The notes under the pieces were generated by a model, which was given only the letters and a program-made list of their open reading frames with translations, was not told the origin of the DNA and made no database searches. From an uncultured Candidatus Saccharibacteria bacterium (GTDB taxonomy: Bacteria; Patescibacteriota; Minisyncoccia; Phycocordibacterales; UBA918): 64,000 nucleotides of DNA. The translations under genes were made by a program, and so were the position numbers. Shown here piece after piece: positions 38,330 through 47,948 of the stretch (position 1 is its first letter; each line of letters starts with the position of its first letter). Location of the stretch: contig CAZSZB010000003.1 in assembly GCA_964611205.1 (NCBI GenBank), forward strand, positions 23,764-87,763. Direction: 5' to 3'.

Positions 38330-39397
38330 ATGGCAGTATCCGCTCAAAAAGTAAGCAAGTATGTCGATTCCATTTCCAAGAGCGGTCTTAGCATCTATGA
38401 CCCTATTGAAGTCGGAGATCCAAATCTTTGGATACCTTCAGGAGAACTGGAGGTTATTTTGAATGAGGCTTTAAAAGGTCTCTCCCTTACAGGTCTGCCC
38501 CTAAGAACACGATCAAAAGTTGTGAAGCAGAAAGTATGCTCTGCTTTGGGCTATCCTGTGCCAAATAGTTTTGAGAAAACACAGCCACGTTTCCCAGGAC
38601 AGTGCTTCGATACTTATATTCAGAAATCAAACAACTTGCAGATTTGGAACGAAGAACTTTCATCAACCCGACGATACGTAACGATCAAAGTAACCGACGA
38701 AGACGTGGTTGAAGTTGTACGTGTCGTAACTGGAGACACTCTTGCTGTACTTGATACAACAGGCACCCTCACTCAGAAATACCAAGCTCGACTTACAGTC
38801 GGTGATAATGTGTCAGAACTTGTATCTGCGGAGGATACTGACCGAATCGTTGCGATAATCGAATCTGCAAACGGTGATCAAAAGCTTGGTGATCCCACAG
38901 ATCATGTATCAGCTGAAAACATTCTTCCTATCGAAGATGTATTTGAAAAACTTAAGACAATAATCGGAAAGTCTTTTGCTGACGCTGGTTCTGATCAAGA
39001 AAGGAATCGAGGTGGACTACTCCACAAACTAGTGTGTCATGCATTGGGTTATGAAATACATCGAGACAACGGACAGTTTCCTGATGTACCGAATCAATTA
39101 CTTGAAGTAAAGCTTCAAACTTCTCCAACTATTGATCTTGGCTTGGTTACACCCGACAGTAAGGACGCATTGGATACGCCTAAAATCAACGGGAAGCAGA
39201 TACGTCACTGCGACGTTCGCTATGCAATCTTTTATGCCAACATCGAGAACGGACAAATTAATGTCACCAACCTTTTTCTATCAACAGGAAAAGATTTCTT
39301 TAGTCGTTTCCCTCGCTTTGAAGGAAAGGTACTTAATAAGAAAATTCAGATACCCCTTCCGTCAGATTTTTTCACCTATAAGCCGAAGGCTGAATAG
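38330..39397 (+). CDS. putative type II restriction endonuclease (PD-(D/E)xK-like)
   Basis: Convergent and overlapping by 22 bp with the N6-adenine MTase gene. It has a candidate catalytic HRDNGQFPDVPNQLLEVKLQT segment (D..EVK). Confidence 0.45.
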   Translation: MAVSAQKVSKYVDSISKSGLSIYDPIEVGDPNLWIPSGELEVILNEALKGLSLTGLPLRTRSKVVKQKVCSALGYPVPNSFEKTQPRFPGQCFDTYIQKSNNLQIWNEELSSTRRYVTIKVTDEDVVEVVRVVTGDTLAVLDTTGTLTQKYQARLTVGDNVSELVSAEDTDRIVAIIESANGDQKLGDPTDHVSAENILPIEDVFEKLKTIIGKSFADAGSDQERNRGGLLHKLVCHALGYEIHRDNGQFPDVPNQLLEVKLQTSPTIDLGLVTPDSKDALDTPKINGKQIRHCDVRYAIFYANIENGQINVTNLFLSTGKDFFSRFPRFEGKVLNKKIQIPLPSDFFTYKPKAE

Positions 39398-41070
39398 ACA
39401 AGTTTGTTTAGCTTCTCCTCCTGAGAATCAAATTCAGCATCTACAGGCAACTCGTAGATTGATTTAGTTAAGTTGATGATCTCTTTTGCTATCTTTGATT
39501 TTGGATCAGGCAATGGAAACTTCTCAACGTATTGAGTAATAAAGCGTCTTCGTCCCGAGTAGAGTTTATTGTTGAAACTGTGGTCGTAGAACTCCTCGAC
39601 AAACTTTGAGTTTGCAATTGCCAAAGCGAGCCACAGCAATTCGGAATTATCTTCTTCTGAAGTTAACCAGTAGCAGTCTCCATTCACCACACCGCCTGTT
39701 TGATCCATCCAAAAGATTGGTTGTTCAGAAATATCTCTGAAGACTAACTTGGGCTTCTCCCAAGTCTTTGGATTATGAGGAACCCAGATCTCGTACCAGT
39801 TACGTCCTGAATCAATCACGTAACTTCTCGATGAGAGCTGATCTTTGTGTTCTTCAAGATACCTTTTTACGTTGGGATACTGATCAAGATCAATGGGCTT
39901 CTTTTTGTTGCCGATTTCCTCATGTGTGTAAACAACATGCTTCTTTGCTGAATCTGTTTTGTATCTTCTTGCGACGTGATGAGTAATCAGTGGCTTTAGA
40001 GTTTCAGGTAGGTTTCCATTAAATTTAGAAATGTCGGATACGATAAAAACATTGTCAGCAGTCGTTTTGATACCAACTTTTACCTTGCCAATATCCCCAA
40101 ATAAAAGTTGAGTCTTTTCTTTAACTTTCTTCAACCACAGGTCTGCTTTGTCATGAGCAAGCCTCCATGTGTCGCCGATCTTATTGCCAATATCAAGCTT
40201 GCCGTGCAGTACTTTAAAATGTTCCGATTCCTCTCCTTCGAGTGATTGAAAGACTTGTTGTGGATCAATCTTTGTATTCTTTCCCGAAAGATATATTGAT
40301 GTGAATCTAGGGTCAGCATCCTTTGATGTCTCTTTTTGCAAAAGCAGAACAGCTGGAAGCACTGCCGCTTCAAACAAGCGTGTATCTCCTAAATCCCATA
40401 CATGTAGAACACTAAAATCATTTAGGAGATTCTTTCGAACAGCTTCGCCTGATTTAGTGGTAAGAAAGCGATTGGAAACAATGATACCTACTACACCTTC
40501 TGGCTTAAGAAGTTTCTCAATTCCTTTTAGGAAAGCGTGATACAGATCAACTCGACCTGAGAGATTAAAATCTTCCGCAAGCTTTTGAGCCTTTTCAGCA
40601 CCCATGACTTGAGTTCTGACATAAGGCGGATTCGCAATAACAAGATCAAAGAGTGGAACATCTGTTTTTGAAAACAAAGAACCTCCATAAGTTTCAGAGA
40701 CCCATTCTAAGAAATCCTGAGTTTTAATATCAGCCTTAACTTCAGGGAAATCCTTCTTGATTAGATCCAGAGAAGCATCAACTGCATCTTGATTAATATC
40801 GAAACCGAATACTTCGATTTTATTGAATCCGCGCGAGTAGGCTATCTGTATAAGATTACGCAGAAGCTCCCCGTCACCAACAGCAGGATCAATTACTTTT
40901 AGTGTTTTGGTTTTCTTTAAATTCTTTTTCTCAACTTGATCAAAGATTTGAGATGCCACAAAGCCAGCCAAAGAAGTTGGGGTGTAATGAGCCCCTGTAT
41001 TCTTTCTTAATCCAGCATCGAGTTGTGCATCTAAAGTTGGCATTTGTAAACCTATTTTAACATTTTTCAA
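39376..41070 (-). CDS. N6-adenine DNA methyltransferase, gamma-class (Eco57I/TaqI-like) with C-terminal target-recognition half
   Basis: A TGAHYTP segment, motif I VIDPAVGDGELL and motif IV VIANPPY. 564 aa. Confidence 0.85.
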   Translation of the reverse strand: MKNVKIGLQMPTLDAQLDAGLRKNTGAHYTPTSLAGFVASQIFDQVEKKNLKKTKTLKVIDPAVGDGELLRNLIQIAYSRGFNKIEVFGFDINQDAVDASLDLIKKDFPEVKADIKTQDFLEWVSETYGGSLFSKTDVPLFDLVIANPPYVRTQVMGAEKAQKLAEDFNLSGRVDLYHAFLKGIEKLLKPEGVVGIIVSNRFLTTKSGEAVRKNLLNDFSVLHVWDLGDTRLFEAAVLPAVLLLQKETSKDADPRFTSIYLSGKNTKIDPQQVFQSLEGEESEHFKVLHGKLDIGNKIGDTWRLAHDKADLWLKKVKEKTQLLFGDIGKVKVGIKTTADNVFIVSDISKFNGNLPETLKPLITHHVARRYKTDSAKKHVVYTHEEIGNKKKPIDLDQYPNVKRYLEEHKDQLSSRSYVIDSGRNWYEIWVPHNPKTWEKPKLVFRDISEQPIFWMDQTGGVVNGDCYWLTSEEDNSELLWLALAIANSKFVEEFYDHSFNNKLYSGRRRFITQYVEKFPLPDPKSKIAKEIINLTKSIYELPVDAEFDSQEEKLNKLVYSAFGL

Positions 41071-41111
41071 GATCGCTTGATACCTTAGCTTAGACCTGAA
41101 AAATTGTGTAA

Positions 41112-41507
41112 TTGGTTACCAGATTGACCCTTTGCAGACCTCTGGACTTATTTGCAGTTCAGCGTCATTCCTTGGGTGTGGATGAAGATATCGAGGCAAT
41201 TATTGATGCGAGTAAGCATTTCAAATACCACGAGGAGCGTGGGATGACCCTCTTTAATCGCGTCTCTCATCTACCCGAATCAAAGCGACACATGAAGATG
41301 GCAATTAAGGAACGCATACTCTTCTTGGCAGGTGCTTATATATCTCTTGCGTCATTCATTGATGATGACCTCGTGGATTTCTTAGAGAACGCTGACAATG
41401 AATCAGATAAAGAAAAAATAAAGAGAATTTATAGCGATGTAATCAAACAGATGGATACTCTACGTAAGGAGATGGAAGAATTCAAAATCATAGACTTACC
41501 AACCTAA
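41112..41507 (+). CDS. hypothetical protein upstream of the recombinase (true start probably internal)
   Basis: ORF with a charged helical C-terminus. Confidence 0.3.
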   Translation: MVTRLTLCRPLDLFAVQRHSLGVDEDIEAIIDASKHFKYHEERGMTLFNRVSHLPESKRHMKMAIKERILFLAGAYISLASFIDDDLVDFLENADNESDKEKIKRIYSDVIKQMDTLRKEMEEFKIIDLPT

Positions 41508-41541
41508 GGGTACTTAGGACGCTCTGGACTCTTCAAAGGGA

Positions 41542-42882
41542 TTGCGTCATTCATTGGGTTGTATGAATAACGCAATATCAATGCCGTACGGGACAACGGT
41601 ACAAGAGCAAGTCCCTGTAAAGGTGAAGTACTGCCTTTATGCGAGAAAGTCGACAGAATCGGAGGAGCGACAAGTGCTGTCCATAGATAGCCAGATCAAG
41701 GAGATGCTCCAGCTCGCGGATCGAGAATGTTTAGAGATTGTGGAGATGAAGCGAGAGTCACACTCTGCAAAAGAGACAGGTCAGCGACCAGTCTTCAATG
41801 AAATAATCGAGGAGATACGAGAAGGAAAATACAACGGTATCCTGACATGGGCACCAGACCGTATTTCAAGAAACGCAGGTGACCTTGGAAGGATTGTAGA
41901 CCTGATGGATTCGGGCAAGCTTGAGGAAATACGAACTTTTGGTCAGAAGTTCGGCAACAATCCAAACGAGAAGTTTCTCCTGATGATTCTGGGGTCACAA
42001 GCAAAGCTTGAGAACGACAATCGAGGAATCAACGTGAAGCGAGGTCTGCGAACGAGAGCGGAGATGGGGCTATGGTCAGGCATGCCTCCTCTCGGGTACG
42101 TGACGCAGGGACTAATGGAAAAGAAATGTCAGGTAGCGGTAGATCCGCTACGAGCACCAACAGTGAAGAAGATGTTTGAGAAAGTTGCATACGAACAATG
42201 GTCTGGGCGAAAGGTATACAACTGGCTGAGGTTTGAGCTGAACTTCTACACCAGAGGAAACAAACCACTCACTCTCGGAGGTGTGTATCGCATATTAGAA
42301 AACCCTTTCTACTATGGAGTGTTCGAGAGACCAAAGAAGAGCGGAAACTGGTATCAAGGAAAGCACACGCCACTCATCACGCAGGAACTGTTCGAGAAAG
42401 CAAAGGCACAGCTTAAGCGTGACCAGATAGTGCGAGAGACGAAGGAGTTCGCATTCACTAAGCTCTTCACCTGCGGGTACTGCGGAAGCGGGATATCCGC
42501 CGAAGAGAAATGGAAACAGCTCAAGGATGGCGGCGTGAACAGATACATCTACTACTCCTGTGCCAGATCAAGAGACCGCAACTGCAAGAACATGTACATA
42601 CGAGAAGAAGATTTGATACTCGAACTACTGAAAATACTCGACAAAGTGAACATCAACGAGCTTGGCATGCGAAAGAAACTGGAGGATGAGATTGCGAGGT
42701 TCAATATATTCCAAAGGTCGGTACTCGGCGCCAAAGAAAAGATAAAGACGGATGCAGAGACAGATATCAGGAACTATGCGAAGTACATCCTAAAAGAAGG
42801 GTCTACTACTGAAAAACGAGAGCTATTGGCTAACCTGAGATCACGAATTGAATACAAAGATAAGAACCTAAGGCTCGTCTAG
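41542..42882 (+). CDS. large serine recombinase (resolvase catalytic domain + recombinase domain + zinc ribbon)
   Basis: YARKSTESEERQ catalytic Ser motif, a recombinase domain, and CGYCGS..YYSC zinc-ribbon cysteines. Confidence 0.85.
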   Translation: MRHSLGCMNNAISMPYGTTVQEQVPVKVKYCLYARKSTESEERQVLSIDSQIKEMLQLADRECLEIVEMKRESHSAKETGQRPVFNEIIEEIREGKYNGILTWAPDRISRNAGDLGRIVDLMDSGKLEEIRTFGQKFGNNPNEKFLLMILGSQAKLENDNRGINVKRGLRTRAEMGLWSGMPPLGYVTQGLMEKKCQVAVDPLRAPTVKKMFEKVAYEQWSGRKVYNWLRFELNFYTRGNKPLTLGGVYRILENPFYYGVFERPKKSGNWYQGKHTPLITQELFEKAKAQLKRDQIVRETKEFAFTKLFTCGYCGSGISAEEKWKQLKDGGVNRYIYYSCARSRDRNCKNMYIREEDLILELLKILDKVNINELGMRKKLEDEIARFNIFQRSVLGAKEKIKTDAETDIRNYAKYILKEGSTTEKRELLANLRSRIEYKDKNLRLV

Positions 42883-42962
42883 ACAGAATAGATGGGTTGT
42901 TGCAAAAGTGTTAAAATAGAGGCGTAACATGAAATCCAAATTTCACCTTACGAGAACATTGC

Positions 42963-45900
42963 ATGAGCCCAAATACCGCTCCACAACCAAACACGCTCAT
43001 TCTCCCAATCTTAGAATTGGGGCCTATTAGGCATGATCTCGGACAGATAAGGCATGTTTTGGATCTTGGCGGGAGCAAAGAGATAGTATCAACAGAAGAT
43101 TTCAATACTTCGCCTAGAGTTGTAGAAAAGCTACACGTACTCTCTGACGGACAAAGAGTATTGGTAACAAAGAAAAAGAAACTCCAGCTACCTGTCGATG
43201 TGGACGGAGTGCTTCATCGTAACGAAGAAGGAGAACTAAAGTGGGTTGCTCATAGAAAACTGGAAGCGATAGAACAGGATATTGCTCGAGACGGGATAGA
43301 AAGTGTCGCATCTGAAATAGCTGAAAGCTGGTCTGGGAAATTTAACTTTCGTGCAGAAGAGCGAGATGCTTCAGGAAACATCACTAAGGCAGGACTGAGA
43401 CCTCCACAAATCGGTGGACTTCATGCGATTGGTGCTCACTGGAGTCTCTACCAGCAACCTGCGACGGTTGTAATGCCCACTGGTACAGGAAAGACAGAAA
43501 CGATGTTGGCAACTCTCGTGGCATATTCACCAGGTAGCTTGCTTGTAGTGGTTCCCTCAAAAGTACTTCGGGATCAAACCGCAAGAAAATTTCTAACGTT
43601 AGGATTGCTTCGTTCTCTCGGTAATATTTCTCCAGAAACAAAAAATCCAATTGTTGGAGTAATCAAAAAGAGACCTCAGTCAGAACAAGATCTGGATATT
43701 TTTGATAAATGCAATGTCGTTATTGCAACCATGAGTGCCATGGGTGGCGAAGCATCCGATGACATATCCCTTCCTGTTGCCGACCATGCCAAAACACTGA
43801 TCGTCGACGAAGCACATCACATTGGAGCAAATGGATGGAGTGCTTTTCGAGAAAAATTTAAGGAAAACAAGGTTTTACAATTTACAGCAACCCCCTATCG
43901 AAGAGACGGAAAGCTTGTCGATGGAAAGGTTATTTATGAGTATCCTCTACACTCAGCCCAGAAAGACGGATATTTCAAAAATATCAACTTCGAGCCCGTA
44001 TATGAGATTGATCAAGAAGATGCGGATGAAGCAATAGCCACAAAGGCAGTAGAAGTGCTCAGAAGCGATATTGAGTCTGGAATGGACCATCTCATGATGG
44101 CAAGATGTGTGAGCATTGGTCGGGCAAGGACAATACATGCTATTTACAGCAGGATCGCTCCTGACCTGAACCCTGTTCTAATACATTCAGAGGCTGACGA
44201 AGCCGATGCTTCTATTGAGCTCATAAAATCTCGTGGAAGTCGTATTGCAGTTTGCGTAAATATGCTCGGAGAAGGTTTTGATTTGCCTCAACTTAAAATT
44301 GCAGCTGTCCACGATGCTCATAAAAGCCTTGCTATCCTTTTGCAATTTACGGGTAGATTCACTCGAAGTTCAGGAGAAGCAATTGGTGATGCGACTGTCG
44401 TGGCAAATATCGCAGATCAGGATGTCTCCTCATCGCTTGAACGTCTTTACAGTGAGGATGCGGATTGGAATCAATTGTTAAGTGAATTTAGCTCCGAAGC
44501 AGCAAAAGCCCATTCAGAGCTTATTGCCTTTTTGAATTCATCCGAAAGGCTTGATGACCCAGAAGATGAAGAGAAGATCGAAATATCCCACCATCTATTT
44601 CGCCCTACCTTCAGCACACTAATGTACGAAGCAGATTCTTTCACTCCTAAAAAATTCATCGAAGGAATTCCCAAAGGAACGACTGTGCACAATGTCTGGA
44701 TTCACGAAGAATCCAAAACCCTCTATTTTGTAACAAGACTAGAACCATCCATTCGTTGGACAAGATCACGCAAACTAAAGGATAGGACATGGGATTTGCA
44801 CGTTTTTCATTATGACGAAGCGCGCCACATGTTGTTCGTGTCCTCGAGTGACAAGTCCTCAGCGCATGAAAAAATTGCCAAGGCCATTGGTGCCACACGA
44901 CTCATTTCTGGTGACGTTATTTTCCGAGCACTAGGACGAATCAATAGACTTATCTTTCAGAACGTGGGAGTAACCAAGCATGGCCGTCGAAACCTGAGGT
45001 ATGCAATGTATACAGGTTCTGATGTTGCTACAGCGTTGAGTGTGTCTGAACGAGCTGGTTCAGTTAAATCAAACCTAAGTGGTACTGGTTGGGAAAATGG
45101 TGAACCTGTCACAATCGGATGCTCCTACAAAGGACGTGTGTGGGCTAGAGATCCTGGATCAATACCTGAACTCGTAAAATGGTGTGAAGCTGTTGGCGAT
45201 AAAATTAAAGATGAAGGAATAGACACGGCAGATATTATTGCCAACGTTCTTATCCCCGAAGAAGTAACAGCATTGCCAGATAAACAGGTACTCAGCATTG
45301 AGTGGCCTCTGGAAATTATCAGACAGTCGGAAGAAAGAGTGGTTATCAAGAAAGGAGCTGTTGAGAGATCAATTTCAATGTTTGATCTTCAATTCGTTAA
45401 AACTGATCTGGTAACCAGTCAGGTTGAATTTAATCTTGTCACAGATCCTGAGGAGGTTTGGGCAAAATTAGTTCTGACAGTGGGTGGCGATGACGGATTC
45501 AAAGTCACAAAAAGCACAAGAGAAGCTGTAACAATTCGTGTTGGGAATTTGGAACTTCCAATCGAGGAGTATTTTTCAAATTACCCTCCGATGATTCGCT
45601 TCATAGATATTTCTGAGCTTGACGGCAACTTACTCATTAAGCCGCAAAACACTCAAGACCTTGTGTTTCCTGAAGAAAGTTTTGAGGTCTGGGACTGGGA
45701 AGGAGTCGACATGCAAAAGGAGTCTATTTGGAAAGGTGGTAATGAACGTCAGGACTCAATCCAATGGAAAGCGGCTCAGCAGTTTATTGCTGGAAACTTC
45801 GATGTGGTCTTTGATGATGACAGTGCGGGAGAAGCTGCTGATCTTGTCTGTTTTAAGGAAGAAGATGATCATATACGGTTAGCTTTGGTGCATTGTAAAT

Positions 45901-46256
45901 TCACAAAAGGTACAACCGCAGGTGAGCGAGTAAGTGACGTTGTGGAAGTTTCATCTCAAGCGGTTCGATCAGCAAAATGGAAATGGAAATTTAAAGATTT
46001 GTGCCGACACGTTCTTGAAAGAGAGAAGAGGCTTTCTGGTGGTCGCACAACTAGATTCCTCAAAGGAATTGGATCAGATATGAATAGGTTCGTGAAGTTG
46101 AGCAGATTCAAGGAAATTAGACCAGAGATCATTATCGTTCAACCTGGCTTATCAAAGGCTAATCACACGGCAGATCAGACAGCCGTATTAGCAGCAGCTC
46201 ATAGCTATCTCAAGGAGACAGTCGGAGTTGATCTTGATGTTATTTGTAGCGAATAA
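42963..46256 (+). CDS. 1097-aa SF2 (DEAH / ResIII-type) helicase with roughly 600-aa C-terminal extension carrying a possible degenerate nuclease-like motif
   Basis: Q-like motif LRPPQ, Walker A MPTGTGKTET, DEAH box LIVDEAHH and motif VI QFTGRFTR. The C-terminal segment FDVVFDDD..ADLVCFK..ALVHCKFT is PD-(D/E)xK-like but not canonical. Confidence 0.8.
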   Translation: MSPNTAPQPNTLILPILELGPIRHDLGQIRHVLDLGGSKEIVSTEDFNTSPRVVEKLHVLSDGQRVLVTKKKKLQLPVDVDGVLHRNEEGELKWVAHRKLEAIEQDIARDGIESVASEIAESWSGKFNFRAEERDASGNITKAGLRPPQIGGLHAIGAHWSLYQQPATVVMPTGTGKTETMLATLVAYSPGSLLVVVPSKVLRDQTARKFLTLGLLRSLGNISPETKNPIVGVIKKRPQSEQDLDIFDKCNVVIATMSAMGGEASDDISLPVADHAKTLIVDEAHHIGANGWSAFREKFKENKVLQFTATPYRRDGKLVDGKVIYEYPLHSAQKDGYFKNINFEPVYEIDQEDADEAIATKAVEVLRSDIESGMDHLMMARCVSIGRARTIHAIYSRIAPDLNPVLIHSEADEADASIELIKSRGSRIAVCVNMLGEGFDLPQLKIAAVHDAHKSLAILLQFTGRFTRSSGEAIGDATVVANIADQDVSSSLERLYSEDADWNQLLSEFSSEAAKAHSELIAFLNSSERLDDPEDEEKIEISHHLFRPTFSTLMYEADSFTPKKFIEGIPKGTTVHNVWIHEESKTLYFVTRLEPSIRWTRSRKLKDRTWDLHVFHYDEARHMLFVSSSDKSSAHEKIAKAIGATRLISGDVIFRALGRINRLIFQNVGVTKHGRRNLRYAMYTGSDVATALSVSERAGSVKSNLSGTGWENGEPVTIGCSYKGRVWARDPGSIPELVKWCEAVGDKIKDEGIDTADIIANVLIPEEVTALPDKQVLSIEWPLEIIRQSEERVVIKKGAVERSISMFDLQFVKTDLVTSQVEFNLVTDPEEVWAKLVLTVGGDDGFKVTKSTREAVTIRVGNLELPIEEYFSNYPPMIRFIDISELDGNLLIKPQNTQDLVFPEESFEVWDWEGVDMQKESIWKGGNERQDSIQWKAAQQFIAGNFDVVFDDDSAGEAADLVCFKEEDDHIRLALVHCKFTKGTTAGERVSDVVEVSSQAVRSAKWKWKFKDLCRHVLEREKRLSGGRTTRFLKGIGSDMNRFVKLSRFKEIRPEIIIVQPGLSKANHTADQTAVLAAAHSYLKETVGVDLDVICSE

Positions 46257-46295
46257 CCCGAGCCCCATTCAAGGGTACTCGGGTCACTCCGATAC

Positions 46296-46385
46296 TTAGT
46301 TCTCTTGGCGGAGAGAGAGGGATTCGAACCCTCGGTACGCGTAAACGTACAACGGTTTTCAAGACCGCCGCCTTCAACCACTCAG
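46296..46385 (-). tRNA. tRNA-Ser (anticodon TGA), long variable arm, CCA encoded
   Basis: Hand-folded: GGAGAGA acceptor, GCTGAGTGGTTGAAGGC D-arm, anticodon loop CUUGAAA, long extra arm, and a GGTTCGAATCC T-loop. Confidence 0.9.
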
Positions 46386-46541
46386 CCATCTCTCCAGATA
46401 TTAAATTGTTGCGGTAAACGATTGTTATCAGTTCAACCAGCTTACCACCGCATGCTTAATCCTTGATAAGGATTGTGACCAGGATATTACCAGAAAAAAA
46501 GCTTTTTTCCAACTATATTTTCATCGTGTTATGATTATCGA

Positions 46542-46925
46542 ATGCGAAAAATGGGTATTGATTTTGGAAGTAAACGGGTTGGTATAGCCTTAAGTGATGA
46601 CCAAGGGCTGATGGCTTTTCCAGAAATGGTAATAGAAAATAATAAAGATTTACTTAAAACCATAGTGAAGCTTATTTCTGATAAGCAAGTAGGGGAAATA
46701 GTAATCGGTCATTCCTTAGGACGTGATGGTAAGCCCAACGAAATTCACGATATGGTTGAGGATTTAATCACCGCTTTAACTCTGGAGACTGGTCTACCGA
46801 CCCATCTGGAACCAGAGCAATACACAACTCAGGAAGCCATTCGTTTTCAAGGTCGCAACCAAGAGACAGATGCTTCGGCGGCCGCTATAATCTTGAATAG
46901 TTACATAACGAGAAATAAAAAATAA
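46542..46925 (+). CDS. ruvX: RuvX/YqgF Holliday-junction-resolvase-like nuclease
   Basis: MGIDFGSKRVGIALSD start and a VIGHSLGRDGKPNE core. Confidence 0.8.
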   Translation: MRKMGIDFGSKRVGIALSDDQGLMAFPEMVIENNKDLLKTIVKLISDKQVGEIVIGHSLGRDGKPNEIHDMVEDLITALTLETGLPTHLEPEQYTTQEAIRFQGRNQETDASAAAIILNSYITRNKK

Positions 46926-46926
46926 T

Positions 46927-47343
46927 ATGACAGACAACAACGAACAAAAAGATTTAACAGCAAACGATGAATCTAATACTTCTCCAGCGGCAGAAGCTGA
47001 AGCTACCAATCACATTAGTTACAGTGACTTCGCTAAGTTAGATATAAGAATCGGTACAATAACAGCAGCGGAGATAGTGGTCGAGGCTGACAAACTTCTC
47101 AAACTAACTGTTGATTTAGGAGAAGAAAATAAACGACAAATTATTTCCGGCATTCGTGAATATTTTGCTGACCCAGAAGAACTAGTGGGTCGACAGTGTC
47201 CGTTTGTAGCTAATCTAGAGCCAAGGGTAATTCGTGGCTTAGAAAGTCAGGGGATGATTATGGCTGCCTATGATGATAAGGAAAATATTTTTGCCTTATT
47301 AAACCCACATGTAACTCTGCCACCGGGCACGAAAGTTAACTAA
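46927..47343 (+). CDS. tRNA-binding protein (Myf/EMAPII-like OB domain, CsaA-type)
   Basis: DIRIGTITAAE..QIISGIREYF..RGLESQGMIMAAY matches the tRNA-binding OB fold. Confidence 0.7.
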   Translation: MTDNNEQKDLTANDESNTSPAAEAEATNHISYSDFAKLDIRIGTITAAEIVVEADKLLKLTVDLGEENKRQIISGIREYFADPEELVGRQCPFVANLEPRVIRGLESQGMIMAAYDDKENIFALLNPHVTLPPGTKVN

Positions 47344-47348
47344 TTGTT

Positions 47349-47948
47349 ATGAACGGATATTTTAAAAAAAGAACCATTGCGGTTGTGGCTAGTAGTTCAG
47401 AGTATTTGCGTTCCAAATACGCAGGGCTAGCCTTGGGAGTTTTTGCGTTTGCTGAGTCGGCCTTCTTGCCGGTTGTTATCGACCCTCTGCTGGCGGCTAT
47501 GATTCTGGTAAAGCCAGAGAAATGGCGACGTTACACAATCATCGCTATTTTAGCTTCAGTTTTGGGTGGTGTCTTTGGTTATCTCTTAGGAACTTTATTT
47601 TTTGATACTTTGGGAGTTAGGTTGGTTGCCTTTTATTCTTTAGAGTCAGTCTTTGCTTCAGTATCTGATAATCTTAATCAAAACGGTTTTGTATTTGTTT
47701 TAATTGGAGCATTAACACCAGTTCCTTATAAACTAGTTGCCATCGCTAGTGGATTATTACATCTTAATATCTTCACATTTATTATTGCTTCTTTGGTCGG
47801 TCGCTGTCTGCGGTTGGGTATTGTGGGTTTGATCACTTACTATGCTGGTCCGCAAACTTTGGCTATCATCCGAAAAAATTTATACCAAATTTCCTTATTC
47901 ATAGCCGTCATCCTATCAACCTACTTACTGATTAAGTTTTTTATTTAA
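47349..47948 (+). CDS. DedA/YqaA-type polytopic membrane protein
   Basis: Four to five hydrophobic helices. The family call is tentative. Confidence 0.35.
   Translation: MNGYFKKRTIAVVASSSEYLRSKYAGLALGVFAFAESAFLPVVIDPLLAAMILVKPEKWRRYTIIAILASVLGGVFGYLLGTLFFDTLGVRLVAFYSLESVFASVSDNLNQNGFVFVLIGALTPVPYKLVAIASGLLHLNIFTFIIASLVGRCLRLGIVGLITYYAGPQTLAIIRKNLYQISLFIAVILSTYLLIKFFI

Larger units (their letters stand above)
34178..46295. mobile_element. integrated genomic island (about 12 kb, about 50% GC) at the 3' end of tRNA-Ser, large-serine-recombinase type
   Basis: There is a GC-content step. The recombinase gene lies near the tRNA end. A partial direct repeat of the tRNA 3' end is present. The cargo is phage/defence-type (RM, ParB-MTase, HNH, helicase). 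Confidence 0.55.

Noticed and set aside
42929-43036. ATG at 42929 preceded by gaggcgtaac, as an alternative helicase start
   Set aside because: It is in a different frame and terminates after 35 codons. The in-frame start at 42963 gives the full helicase.
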